Source of the DNA: Pseudovirgaria hyperparasitica
Lineage: Eukaryota
Assembly (NCBI GenBank): GCA_010093815.1
Contig: ML996583.1
Length of the DNA stretch: 64,000 nucleotides
Direction: 5' to 3' (one strand)
The notes beneath the pieces were generated by a model. That model was not told the DNA's origin. It saw only the letters and a program-made list of their open reading frames with translations, and searched no databases. The position numbers were made by a program, and so were the translations under genes. Below are positions 11,550 through 24,600 of the stretch, in pieces; within the stretch, counting starts at the first letter, position 1; each line of letters begins with the position of its first letter.

Positions 11550-14500
11550 CCCCTAGAAGAAGATATTAATTCTAGGGAAACGTAAATATTCTTCTCTATT
11601 AAAGTCTTGCGGAGTAGGAATTACCACTTCCACCCGGGTTCGTATGGCGTCATCAAGGTATTCCGTAAGTTATTTATGATAGTTTTCCTTATTGCTACTC
11701 TCCTTATTTTCCTTAGTAATTCTTCTAATTAGTAGTCGCGAGGGCTCGTCGTAACTCTCGTTACTTATATTTCTTATAAAATATTTCTTTAACCTATGGC
11801 TAGGAAACGTCCCTCTAAGCATGGCTCTATTAAGCTCCGCGAGCTTATAAGTATAATTAAACACGGACTGGATTCTATATAGCCCCCTCTAATACTACCT
11901 TAGCTTCCGCCCTATATCCTTCTATCGCTATAAGTCGTATAGAAGGATAATCATATTAACTAGTAACGACTCTTAACGAAGGTGATGGTCGTCATTCCAT
12001 GCCTCTCTTAATTCCTTACGCGTTCGTATCGCGTGGGCATGGGCCTCCTTAAGATCCTCGGATCTTCTCTTAAGTTATCTAGCTCGAAGAGTAAGTAAGT
12101 CGGATGTCGATCGCACCTCGTTCTAAGGGAGCATTTAGAGCGACTCGAATTCGACTTCGATAGACATGATTAGTTTATAGCCGAGCATAAGGTATACGGT
12201 ACTATACCCTATACTAGCACGTGTCGTTATTCTATCTGCCTAGATAACCGCATAGAGGTGGCCGGGCTAGTTCTTGAATCCGCTATTAGTTATCTTCGCG
12301 AGAGTATTAGCGAGTAGTATAAAACTTCTCTCGATAATCCTATTTACTCAGGGATTATACGTAGACGTAACCTTCTAATAAATTCCATAGAGTCGGAGGA
12401 GCTCCTCTATAGCACCTATATTTTCTCTACCACCATTATAGGTAATTTTAGGAATGATTCCGTATCTATAGATCACGTTCTTAAAGAGGAACTTTACGAC
12501 GACTATGGACGTGGCCGCCGTATATACCTCCGCCTTAGTCTATCCGCTTAGCTATTCTCGTATAGATACTACTTTACTATACTCTATAGAAGGTAGTAGC
12601 GTCGTTACGTCTAAGTATATTCTTTACTAAAGAATAGGCGTTATAACGTAGTAGAGCCCTTTATTAAGACCTCCGAGGAGTTTACTTCGTTATTAATATT
12701 TATTATAGGTTTTCACGTGCTATCGCACGTCTCTACGTATACCTACCTACTAATACTTATCCTTAATCCTTCCGAGGGTCCCTTCGCTACCTCTATAATC
12801 TATCTTATTATAAGTGGCGGTAATTATACGCGCCCTAGTATTCGGATCCTTAATTACTCGTATGTATTAGCGATGCCTATCTCCTCTCCGCTAGAGTATT
12901 CGGTCATATATAAGGAACTTTAGGTAGTTGGTTATAAAGGCCTTATATACTCGGTCGGTTAGGTCGGTTAGCCTCTTAAGTATAGTAAGGTACTTCGTAA
13001 TCCTCTACTATTTATCACTATATTCATCTATTAAGGGAGACTTAATAGCGGTATAGTCGAGTATCCCTATCATGTAATCTCTCCCGCTAACGGGCTTAAT
13101 TAACGACGTCTCTAGCACGTCTATATATAGAGCTATATCTATAAACTCGTCTAGGTTAAAGGTAGAGACGTCTAGTAGTTCTTCTCCTTCGTATATCCGT
13201 AAGATACTATTAGCGACTATATTACGCTTCCTAGGTACATGCCTAACTATAAAGTTTTATAGCTAAATCCACGCGAGCCACCTAGTAACGAGCGCCCCTA
13301 GTAAGTTAGTTACGGTACGGTTAATTTAAGCGACTAGAGTATTCGCGTCTATTTCTATAATAAAGTATATACTATAGAGGTATTACTAGAACTTCTATAA
13401 CGCGTAGAGGAGGGCTCGGTACTCTAGCTTCACGGTGTCGTAGTTTCTCTTAGCTTTTAACTATATTCCTCTATTATACCGCGATAGCTAATATTTACGA
13501 TCCTCGTTCTCCTATATTAACGTAGCTCCCTATCTAACGTTACTAGAGTCTACTACTAGGATTATATCTCCCGTACCTATCCCGTACCGTAACGTTATTA
13601 GTACGGGAGTAGTAGTTAGAGCTATCTTTAGCGCGTCCATCGAGGTCTACTCCTTAGCTATCTACTACTAGGCCGATTTATTCTTTAATAGTGTAAATAG
13701 CGGCGATGCGATAACAGCGTACCCGGGGATCTATATCCGGAAATATATATAAACGCTAAGGAAGGCTTATACATTCGTTATATTTTTATAGGGTTTCTAG
13801 TCCCTAATAGTAGTAACCTTTTTATTACTCGGTCGCCTCCCTTTAATATCGTAGACGTATCCTATAACGTTGGTAGCTTCAACATACTACTAAGTCTTCT
13901 TACTACTTAGGGCGTATCCGGCGCGCTCTATATCCGCGAGAACCTTATCCACGTTAATTAAATATTCTAGAATATACCTACGAATTCTAGGTAGGGCCTC
14001 CTTAGAGTTATATTTCGTCATAGGTCCTTTAATACCTAAGTTATCTAGAAATGGTAGAGCCCTCTCTAGGATGTGTTCTTATATAATAGTTAATATAATC
14101 CTAACGAACTAAGCTACTAAATTAGTAGCCCCTTAAGGTAATATTATCCCGCGTAGTAATCCTAGGGGCGTTATAAACCCCGTTAAGTCTCGGTAATACT
14201 CTACTAATAGAATCTAATCGTATCCTAAGAAGAAGTCGGTAAACGTTAAGACGGCTATCCCCGTAAAGTACTCCGAGAACTCTTTACACGAGGGCGGCGT
14301 GGCCGTATTACGAATAGTAACTCGGTTGATTTCTATCGCCGAATTAATTAACCTGTAATCTCGTTCCTTATTAGCTTCCTTCTTCTTTTCCACGAGAAAA
14401 TAGGCGTTTTAATAAGGACTACTATAGGGCTTAAGCCTTCTACTATTAAGACGCTCTTTTAGGATCGTGAGTACCTTCCTATAAAGGGCTCTAGGAATAT

Positions 14501-17500
14501 TAAAGTTCTTAGCCTATTATACCTTATGTTCTACCGTTCGGATCTCCTACGGAGGTACTACCTCTTCGTTAAATTTACTAAGGTATAAGAATTCCCATGC
14601 TAGTGCTTCCTTGCGATATAATAAGATCGTATATAGTAACTTAAGTTCTGTAGGACGTAGCTCCATTCTAATCTTTAGCTAACTTATATATAGAGGCGTT
14701 AGACATGTTCCTAGCGGGATAGTTACCCTTCGAGGCTCTATTAGCCTATTAAACGCGTTAAGGCCTAGATAGACGGCTGGAAGAAGTACCTACTATGCGA
14801 TTACTCGTTCACGCTAGTCTAGATACCCTAATAGATTCCTAGGAACCTTTCGGTAGGCTTCGGAGTTATCCACGGGGTGTACTTTAACTCCCTTTCTTTT
14901 ATATATAGTAGCTATACTAAATCCCTTTAATACCCCGGATGAATACTATCTTTAGAGGCCGGTGGAGCCTACTATAAGCTATTCTATTATCATGCCTTAT
15001 TTATATACGAAGGTAGCGTACCTTGCCGCCGTAACTAGGGCGGCTAAGTCATCTTTTCTTAATAACTAAGTAACATTTTCAGGCCGGATTTTCTCGGAAA
15101 GTAACTCTATATAACTTATTTCTATATCCGTATAAAAATATAGCCTATCCCCTTCGTTAGTAGGTTTACCGGACCCTATTTAGTATAGATTATTAGTTAA
15201 GGGTAGCCCTTAACTAATAATCCGGCTTAACTCCGGCTTCCGGCGATATACTCCGCTATATAGTTAGTCTCTAGCCACGGAGTTACCCTTCTTCTCTAAG
15301 ACTAGAATATACTTATCCGGACTAGTTTCGAAGGTTATATATTCTTATCTATATATAGAGTAGACTATTAAGAGTACTTACCTAGAGGCTAACCTCTACA
15401 CCGTAAGTAAGGCCTATCTAGTATATGGCTCCCCTAGGATAAGGTCATAATTAAGTTCGCTATATACGAATATCGAAGTGGCCGTAATAATCCGACCTAT
15501 ATAGATAGGGTATTACTATACTATTTCTATAAATAGAGTACTATACTAAGTAGCGCTAACTAAACTTAAGTTCTTTATATATAGTAGAAGCGAAGATATC
15601 GCTAGCCTAAGACGCCTCGTAGTATCTAGTCGAATGCTATTTACCTATACGCCACTATTAAATAGTACTATACTAGTCGCCCTTTTAGGACTAACTTCTA
15701 TGGGGTACCTCGGATACTCGGCTACTAGCCTTACTATCCCTTCCTTAAGCTAATTAATATCTTATTACGTGATGGCCGTCCCCGTGGTATAGAGGGGTAC
15801 TAATACGTTAAGTTTATTTATCTCGGGAGCCATAGCATGGTCGTTTCTTCCTTTCTTCTCGGCTCTCTCTTCTCGAGCCTTACGGACCTCTCTAGCTATA
15901 AAGTTAGGGGCGCCCTTCTCGAATACCGTATAACGTAAGTCGCTATTAAGGCTTAATAGTTCGCTAATAGTAATGTTTATAGTTATCTCTAGAACGCGCA
16001 CTAGCTATGCTTCGCTAGCTTCTATACTTAGCTACTATCCTTTGCGTAGATAGTTATTAAGCTTAACGCCTCGGATACGTGTCTTTTAACTAGGATTTAG
16101 GCTATCCCCTTTATCTATCTTATCCTCCGGCGCCGTTGGCTCTTATTTAGACGTTCTCTAGTCGCTACTCTTCTCGCCGTCCTTCTATTCCTTAATAATC
16201 CTTACGTACTACCCTTCACGCATTCCGTAGAGATAGGTAATCTTTCTTTCCTTAGTACGATTAGGTATACTCTTCGTGATCCCCCTTCTAGATATTATAA
16301 GTATAGCGGGCTCTTCTAGGGCTATCTCCTCGTGGATATATCTATTACTAGCCACGTTAAAGCGTTTATAGAATTCTATATATCTATCTTTCTTACTCTC
16401 GGGCGACGTGACTTCTTCTTCCGAATCGCTATCCGCCGAGGCCTAGTAGGGACCCTTCGTAGGTTTTATACTAATACTATATACTAGCACCCTCTATGAA
16501 GCGTTAATGTTTACTATAGATATAGAAACCTTTACTCCTCCTCCGTACTAGCTTAGACCGTTTTAAACCGTTACTACGTAGTTCCGGATAGCTTATAGAG
16601 TAGCTTATGGCCCTACCGAGAAGGGTAGTAATAGGATTTCTTCTCTATTCGCCCCGAAACGCCCTTAGAATACTCGCACCCCGTTAATATTTAGTAATCC
16701 GTCTCTAATATATCCTACCATCTCCGGATATCTATATATTAGGTAATCTCCTCCGCACGTAATACACACGATCGGTCTTCGAGGCCTATCCTAGGCCATA
16801 ACGCCTCCTTAGGAGTCTCGGGTAGAGACGTATTCTCTATTCTATATATAATTCTATAGATAAACTTACGTTAGTTCTATAGGCATGCCTCGTGCTTAGG
16901 GATGTACTAAAAGATTTAGCCTTCGCGCCTACTAGTTAATAATAGCCGAAAGTAGCTTAGGTTCGTACTTCTTAAGGGATAGGAATAAGGAATTAGAGGT
17001 AAAGTAGGACTTCATCTTAATTAACGTGAGGTCTAGTTTACTAAATCTCTCTACCATCTCGTTAAACTTATCTAATTCTAGCGCGACGTATACTACGACT
17101 AGAGAGGGGTAGTTAAATTTATTAGTTCTTCTTTCTTTATATAACTACTCTTCTAAGCCGGTCTTCTTACTCCCTATCTTTAATTTATAGTATATAGCTA
17201 TGGCCAGCTCTTATACGGCTAAGTACTTATTAATATAAGCCAGTTCCTTAAGTGCTCTAGCCTTTCGTGATACGAAGCTATAGATAATTACCTAGTTATA
17301 ACTATATACTTCCATCGTGAGTTAACATTTCTCTATAGCCCGAGCCTTAAGACTATTAGGTAGCCCTTCTAGGAAGAGCTCTATTCGCGAATACAAGCTT
17401 AGGCTTCCTTTAGCCGTAAGTTTCTCCGTAATAATATGATACCGGGAGTAGTATATAGGGAGAGAGTAGAATGGGTCTACTTTAACCATTTCCATATATT

Positions 17501-18400
17501 TTCGGATAAAGTGGATGGTGCCTTCCTCGAGGGCAGAGTCAAATAGAGAGAATTCCTTTAATAATTCTTCACGTAGCGTGGCCTACTACTATTTCTAAAA
17601 CCTACTTATTCCTTTAATAGTAGGACGGAGATAGTCCTCGTAGTATAACAGTAGGGAGGTTATCTTCTTATTAGACGGAACTTCGTAGTTTATATATATG
17701 TCCTCGTACTTCCGAAGGAAGGCTATGATGTTTATTCCTTTAAAGCGCTCGGGGGCTAGGGTAGGTAGAGATACTATCCTTCCTTATTGCGTAAATGCTA
17801 CGAAGAAGTTAAGCATCTCTCTACGAGTTACTAGGTCGTTGTTTTAAGCTCCTATCGCACTATTACTAGTAGTAGGTGTGCTAGTAGAGACGCTAGGGGT
17901 AAGGTTATTAGTTAAGGGATTACCTTAACTAAAGGTTAGCCTAATGCGTCTACCTATAACACCCATTATCCCTTCTCCATATTAACTAATCCCTTTATAA
18001 GGTGAACTATTACTATCGTCTTTATCGATATAAGGTTCACGGTATCCTACTTGTATTATTATCTTTATATAAGGCGTTTCTAAAGTGGTATACTCGTGTA
18101 GCCGTATTTATGAATAACAGCTATAGTAGTACTAAACAGGTTATATTTATCGTTTTTAAACTCTTCTTTACTACTTCATCTAGCCCTATTTTATATCCTA
18201 TTCCCCTAAGACATTTTCAAGTCGCGCTATCACCCGTGTTAGCATGCGCATGCTTTTTACGGCTACTTTTAAGAGGCTAGCCCCTAGCGACTCCGGACTC
18301 CCTGTTTTCCGGACTCGTGGCTTTAATCTAGTAAGTCTAGACTACCTTATTAGGCACGCTATATACTTCCCCTAAGCTAGTTTTAGAGTCCTAATCTCCC
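11550..18400 (-). pseudogene. Inner element gag-pol remnant (gag, zinc knuckle, protease, RT, RNase H, integrase)
   Basis: gag-like APERFKGINIIAFLRKYED at ~17700-17760; CITCGGD(H)..(C) knuckle at ~16725-16770; protease LF(D)SG at ~15650-15670; RT PFLD(D)LGIKGP at ~14025-14055; integrase (D)GGREN at ~12420-12440 and YNPE..GIIER at ~12330-12360. Confidence 0.85.
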
Positions 18401-18415
18401 CCTATAAGTTCGTAG

Positions 18416-18432
18416 TCCGGGTACGACCTCCA
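18416..18432 (-). promoter_or_regulatory. Primer-binding site of inner element, complementary to a tRNA-Gln 3' end
   Basis: Minus strand TGGAGGTCGTACCCGGA, 4 nt inside the 5' LTR. Plus strand TCCGGGTACGACCTCCA ends in CCA and resembles the recalled yeast tRNA-Gln end (..UCCGGGUAAGACCUCCA). Confidence 0.7.
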
Positions 18433-18436
18433 AAAT

Positions 18437-18805
18437 TATGGTAAGCTATCGCCACGTGTGTCCCTTTTATAAATGGCTGTATTCCTAGTATAGTAGTCGC
18501 GACGAACTCATAAGTATCTCTCCTAGGTATTATAAGTTCTCTTTGAACGCATGACTTCTTATTAGTTCTCTTTTACGATAGGACGGGTCTATATAATACT
18601 CTTAATTAATTCTTTAATAGCTAAGCCTAATAATCAATACCCATAGAGGCCCATGAACGTAAGGAAAGGTCGAATAGTCGAATATTAGTAATGGGGGAGC
18701 GCCGAGCAGAATGACCAAGGAAAACGCCCTCCTTAAATATACAATGAAGCCATGTAATCGAGCCAGGGACACATACATGTAGGGCTGCAGGAGCGGCCTT
18801 CCATA
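18437..18805 (-). repeat. 5' LTR of inner element
   Basis: Direct repeat of 7371-7739, followed by TSD GTAG. Confidence 0.92.
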
Positions 18806-18809
18806 GTAG

Positions 18810-20762
18810 GTTTTCGTCTACTTTAATACTAAGCTCTCTATTTTAAGTAAGTAAGAGGACGTAGATAGCGGAGATTACCTTTTCGTAGTCCTTCTAGAAT
18901 TATTCGTCATCGACTAGCTATACTAGGTTCTATTATAGTAGGTATATACGCTAGCCAGCTGTTTTCTAGATAAAGTCTAGTTTCGGGTTATATTTTTCGA
19001 GCTATAGTATACCGAGGATTATATTAAAGGGACTGTCTACCATGATAAAGGTTAAGTAGTAGGGTTTCTACTTCCCTCTACTATCCTAGATACTATATTT
19101 AATAGTATAGATACTCTATGATTTAATAGGACCGTCGATACTATGGAAGGTAGTATCTATTAGTACTTAAATATCGACATTAAGTTCTCGTACTCGTTAA
19201 GTCGATATAACATTAGTAGCTAAACCGCTATTAAGTATTATAGTCTAATATTATCTATAAGGGACCTCGATAGGCCTAGCCTATAGTTTGATATACTAGT
19301 TGGCTAGTTATCTCTCTATTTTAGTTACGTCTATAAGTCGTAAGGGTTCCTTATAGATAGTTAGTTTTTTATATTATATACCGGGTAGTTAGACGCGATA
19401 TATCCTAGCTACTAGCACTTATAGTATATAACTAACTTAGTATCTATATTAGTATTCGGTAGTTTCCCTAAGCGGTACTCGGGTGCTATATAGCCTATTC
19501 TACTATAGGTGTAGTAGGTAACTTTAGGTTATTTATACGAGTCGTTTCTCGCGTCTCGATATATTAACTAGTAGAAAGATCCACGGTACGGGCCTCGTCT
19601 TCTCGAGTTCATAGAGTAGTAGCGCCTATAAGATATTCCGCGCGATCTATTACTAAACCGGTCCTCTTTAGATAATTTTATATTAGATTAGATTAATAGG
19701 GATAGTCGTACGCCTATATAACGTTAGTTATTTATTATACGCTAATATTGTTCTACGAGATTCGCGAGTACCTAAAGGTTAGTAGAGATAGATATTATAA
19801 GGTTAATGCGTTCCTTTACGCTTAGGTTAAGGGACCTTTTAAAGTCGTCGTATTATTAAACTATATAATCTTCCTTAGCTTCTCTCTAAAGAGGTCGGAG
19901 GTATTTAAGGAGTTATAACGGGGATTATCTCTCTCGCTATTAAGTCTTAAAGATATGGCTCTAAGTCTATTCGCGTCGCTTGGCTCTATCGCCGAAGTAT
20001 TAAAGAAGGAATTTGGTAAACGTATCCTAGTTATATATATCCTTAGAGTATTTAATTTAATATACTATCTAACGTTTAGATAGCGTTAGGTCTAGATAGT
20101 TCTATACGAACCTAATCTTATTACTATCGTTCGTGAATAGATGGAAGAATCGGCTATACTAGTAAGCCTATTTATAAAAGCTCCTTCTAGTTTTACTGTT
20201 AAAGTAAGGTAGTTTCTTAGACTAAGGTAACTAGGATAGTAATAGACTTAGTTAGACTATTTCGGCTTAAGTTAGTCTATATTAGTATAGATTAGTTACT
20301 ACTAGCACTAAAGCGCGTAGTACGGCTTCGAGTCTAGCGGTTTATTCTTACGCTTTATTAAGTTCACGAAGTTACTACTTAAGCTAAGCCTAACGCTATC
20401 TCTCCGTGTATAGCTTAGTATATATATTATTATAAGGCGTGGTTAATGTTAGTTAGTTCTAATAAATTAATTCGTTAACGTTAATAGGGTCTAGTCTTAT
20501 AGTAAGGATAGGTCTAGTATAGTATAAACTAGACCGCGATAGAGTATAATAGACTCCTTCCTTATTATCTAGATAATCTTCTACGGTTATACGGAATACC
20601 GTACTAGTTATTAGTATAATAGCCTATAGAGTATACTTATCGGTAGAGGTGGTCGTAGGGAGACTATTCTCTTTATTTAGATTTAGAGAGAGTCTCTCGT
20701 ATAAGGTAGTACCACGGGTATTATAGCGCGTAGTAGGAGCTATCTCTATAAGCTACCGTCAT
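18810..20762 (-). pseudogene. gag: Outer element gag and aspartic protease remnant
   Basis: ATG at 20762 just inside the 5' LTR; knuckle (C)YKC**LG(H)IASN(C) at ~19385-19427; protease L(D)SG at ~19220-19240; frame joins the RT start at 7370 across the nested insertion. Confidence 0.8.
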
Positions 20763-20784
20763 ACTATATAGAGAGAAATTAAAA

Positions 20785-21022
20785 TATAAAGAGTAAAGAC
20801 GTAGGATAGTAGTCTAATAGTTTATAGAGAGATATAGGAATGTATTTATAGAGTTATCTTACTCTTATACGAGGTTGATTCCTAATAAGTAGAAATCGGT
20901 TTATACGGTCTACTTATATAGTGACCTCGCTTAACTTAGCTAACTTAACCTAGCTCTAGCTACTACGTGGCTATATGGATTAGAATGGTCCATATAGATC
21001 CGTTATGGTTCCCGTCCTAACA
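20785..21022 (-). repeat. 5' LTR of outer element
   Basis: TATAAAGAG (RIP of TGTAAAGAG)...CCTAACA followed by TSD CGTAT. Confidence 0.92.
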
Positions 21023-21641
21023 CGTATAGATTAGGTTATATCTAAGACTAAGTTCTAATAATTTTACCCTTAGATAGTACGTATAGATACGGAGATTATT
21101 AGTTAAGAACTACCCTTAACTAATATTTAAGGTTCTCCCGGGGTTCCTCCGGTATATATTAGATAGTAGTTATATATAAGTAGTATACTCTACTCTTAAA
21201 GTAGTAGCTTTATAATTCGATTCTTTTAGTATAGTTAGTTAGTATATAGAGTCTATCTTCTTATAATTATATTATTATCTTATTATCTTATTATCTCTTA
21301 ATACTATAAATCTATCTATATATAGATTAATTAAGATATATATAAATCTAGTATAGTCTTTAGCTAATTTCTAATAGAAATACTAATAGTAAATAGCTAT
21401 TAAGAGATTATCTTCTAAATATAGTATTATAAGAAGATAGATAAGATATAGTTATTAAGTATCTTAAGATTAAAGATTAAGAAGATATATAGATATATAC
21501 TTAAATTATATGATTTATTAGTAGATTAGCTTATTAGTAGATATATTAACTTATATATATATATAAGTACTAAGAGAAATAAATTTAAGTAAATAATAAA
21601 TAGAGTATATTAATTCTTATGGCTTATTTTATATATATACT

Positions 21642-24600
21642 TTAAGCCCATTGAATTTCTTTTAATGTACTCTTAATATTCTTCGCTAGTACGATAACTA
21701 ACTCTGACATTAATACCAATACCTCCCTTGCTTGATCCTCGTTAAGTAGATAATCTGGCACGGCTATCTTCAACCATATCTGGTCTCTCTGCTGCACCGC
21801 AATTAAAATGACCTGTCTCCTCCGCGGCGGTACACCCCTTTCCAGTCTCGTTCCTGGCACGCCACTTAGCTTTAGTGGTCCCTTGCCCTCGACCTCTGCA
21901 CCACGGAAATTGACCACAGATCCGAAATCGCCGTCTCCAGGCACCATAGTATTTGTTTCCGTAAACGTCCGACCCGCCGTCACCCCGAGTATAGTGGGCA
22001 GCTCCACGAGTTCATGGGCCATAGCATCGATATACTGGTTTTGCAGATCGATAAGCAGTTGGTGCACCGTCAGGTCTGCTGATGCAGCGACACGCAGGAG
22101 GATTGTGTTCGTACATAGGCCGACACAGGTCGTGGTGTCGGATACACGTCCACTGTTACGCCCATTGGTCATCATACCAAACACAACGGGAACTGGACTG
22201 AGGTTTGGGGAAGTGGCCAGTGCGCTTAGTGTGCTGGGCCGGTGCTGAGTCAAGCGAACGAGGATCAGAGACCATGCGGCATTGACGATAGTTGCGAGGG
22301 TGATGCCCTCGACAGGCGGAATAGGTGGGGTATGTAGCGTGGGAAGGGACCATTGGGGCGACGACATAGGAGACGGGCCTGAAGGGAGATGTGTTATCAG
22401 GTGGCCCGAGAGGCGGGATCGCCAGAAGTCGATGGATTCCGAGGAGGACTTCTGACGCAACAATTCTTCAATGTGGGCTGAGTATTGGGTGGCGGGAGCG
22501 AGAGCCTGGTCTTCGTAAAGAGCCTGCAGGTCCGAGAAAAGGACTTCGAGGGCATATCCATCAAACTGGGCGTGGGAAAGGCGGATAACGAGGACGCTGC
22601 GGCTGGAAGGTGTTGAGATGTGTGTGAATCTTGTGATTGGTCTATCGAGGGGGGGTAATGTGAGGTCGTCCTGGGAGCATAACTTCGAAACTTGATCGTC
22701 TAGGTTTCCGGATTCCATCCGTGACTGAACAAGCCCCTCGGGGGGCTGGAAAGGAATCACTTGGCCTATCTGACCATTTATCATTCGGAACACCACACGC
22801 AAGATCTCGTGCCGCTCGGCTAGCAGCCGACAAGCTGAAAGCAATTTGGCATCGTCGATACGTTCAGCAAAATCGAAGATGAAATACTGAAGAGATTCAC
22901 GAAGTCGAACTTGCTGGGCCTCTGTGAGAGGGAGTACCTTTTGTATGTCTGTGGAAGGCAGCTCCTTCGTCGATGCTGCAGCAAACAAATCGTCCTCTCC
23001 TGTGAACCCAAACTCTGCGCTAATCAACCCCCTTGTATCGATACGCATTCCTTTGATTTTGTCAAAGTGGCAGACTGATGCGGCCAGGTCGGATATCTTG
23101 GGATGACGGAGAATTTCCGAAACTTGGATTTGCACGCTGAACTTACGAAGACGGTTGACGAGACTAATTGCGAGAAGTGAGTCTCCTCCTAGGTCGAAGA
23201 AAGAGTCGTCTAGGCCAACACTCTCGGGCTCCCGGTTGAACAATTCGGCAAAAGCCATTTGGAGCACCTTTTCGGCTTCGTTATAAGGCACTCTCCTCGT
23301 TTGATGGAACCCAGTGTACTTGTCAAGGTCCGCAGCTGAGAGAGAGTCTGCTTTGGACTGTAGCAGCTTTACGTCGGTCTTCCCGTTGATCGAGACAGGA
23401 AACTTGTAGAGCGTAAAATACTTTGTTGGGCGCATATATGAGGGGAGTTTGGCTGCTAATGTCTGGTCAGTATCTGTTAGTTTCTTACGAGTGATCTGGG
23501 TTGGTCTTGTGAAGATCGGGGTAGTCGAGACGAGTCTCGCATCCTCATCGTTCTCTGCCACCAGAGATGGCATCTCGATAAAAGCCGCAAGGATGTGATT
23601 CAGACTGCTTGTTCTACTGGAGATTGTGGTCACAAGAACGGAACTAGCCATGGGCAAACACTGTGCGATAACATTCTCTACCTCGCCAGCTTCCAGTCGT
23701 TGTCCACGAATCTTGATCTGATTGTCTTTCCGTCCGCAGAAAAAGATGGACCCATCTCGTTCAGAAAGCCTAGCAAGATCGCCTGTCTTGTAAAAGCGTC
23801 CTTCATACGATGAGCCTCGAAAGCTTGATACCCAACTTGGGTTGGACACAAATACTGCAGCTGTCTTCTCGGGCTCATGGAGATAGCCACGACCTACAAT
23901 CGGCCCTTCAAGAACCAACTCGCCCACAGCGCCTGGACCTAGGAGGGTGTTGTGGTTGTCCGGATCAACAATCCAGGCAATACATCCTACAGGATAGCCA
24001 ATGTTTGTAGGATCCGCACCCGGTTTTACCGAGGTCGTAAGTGTTGCTGTCACTGAACACTCCGAGGGACCATATCCGTTGATCAGCCTGACTTTGTCTG
24101 CCCATATGTCAACATCGTGGGGCTTCATTGCTTCGCCTCCAAGGACAAGGGCCTTTGCACATGGGATACTATCTGGTCTGATGAGCCTGGCAAGAGATGG
24201 TGTAAGGTCTAGTACATTGGCCTTCAATCTAACTGCAACCTCGGAGAAACTGTCTCTTCTCTCTGAGTCCGAGAGAACACAGACACAGCCTCCGGCGAGC
24301 CAAGTCATAAAGTGGTCTGATATGCTCGTATCAAAGGCGTATGATGCGAATTGAAGATATCTTGTCTGCTCATCAAGGCCAAATGCCTCTTTCTGAGTCA
24401 CAAGAGCTGTGCAATAATTGCGATGCTCTATTACGACTCCTTTAGGCTTCCCGGTGCTGCCTGAAGTGAAAACACAATATACGGCATTCTCGGGGGTTGC
24501 CTTGCTCAATGCATGGATCTCGGTATCGGGTTCTTTATTGTTCGTATCGTCGGTGCAGTCTACGATCACGACATTTGCCATAAGCTGGCTGGCCAATGGC

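Larger units (their letters stand above)
7371..18805 (-). mobile_element. Full-length nested Ty3/Gypsy LTR retrotransposon (Ylt1-like lineage), RIP-inactivated
   Basis: 369-bp direct repeats at 7371-7739 and 18437-18805; 4-bp TSD GTAG (7367-7370, 18806-18809); PPT at 7740-7750; PBS at 18416-18432. Removing it restores the outer element's protease-RT frame. Confidence 0.9.
1541..21022 (-). mobile_element. Full-length chromoviral Ty3/Gypsy LTR retrotransposon (outer element), RIP-inactivated, interrupted by a nested element
   Basis: 238-bp direct repeats at 1541-1778 and 20785-21022; 5-bp TSD CGTAT at 1536-1540 and 21023-21027; purine tract next to the 3' LTR (1779-1795, minus strand); gag zinc knuckle, protease, RT and chromodomain remnants on the minus strand. 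Confidence 0.92.

Noticed and set aside
7548..18280. Short ORFs listed inside the AT-rich block (7548, 8754, 11670, 12717, 15765, 18002)
   Set aside because: Chance open stretches or fragments of RIP-destroyed gag/pol; not independent genes.
18408..18432. tRNA-like sequence ending in CCA
   Set aside because: Only a 3' fragment next to an LTR; it is a primer-binding site, not a tRNA gene.
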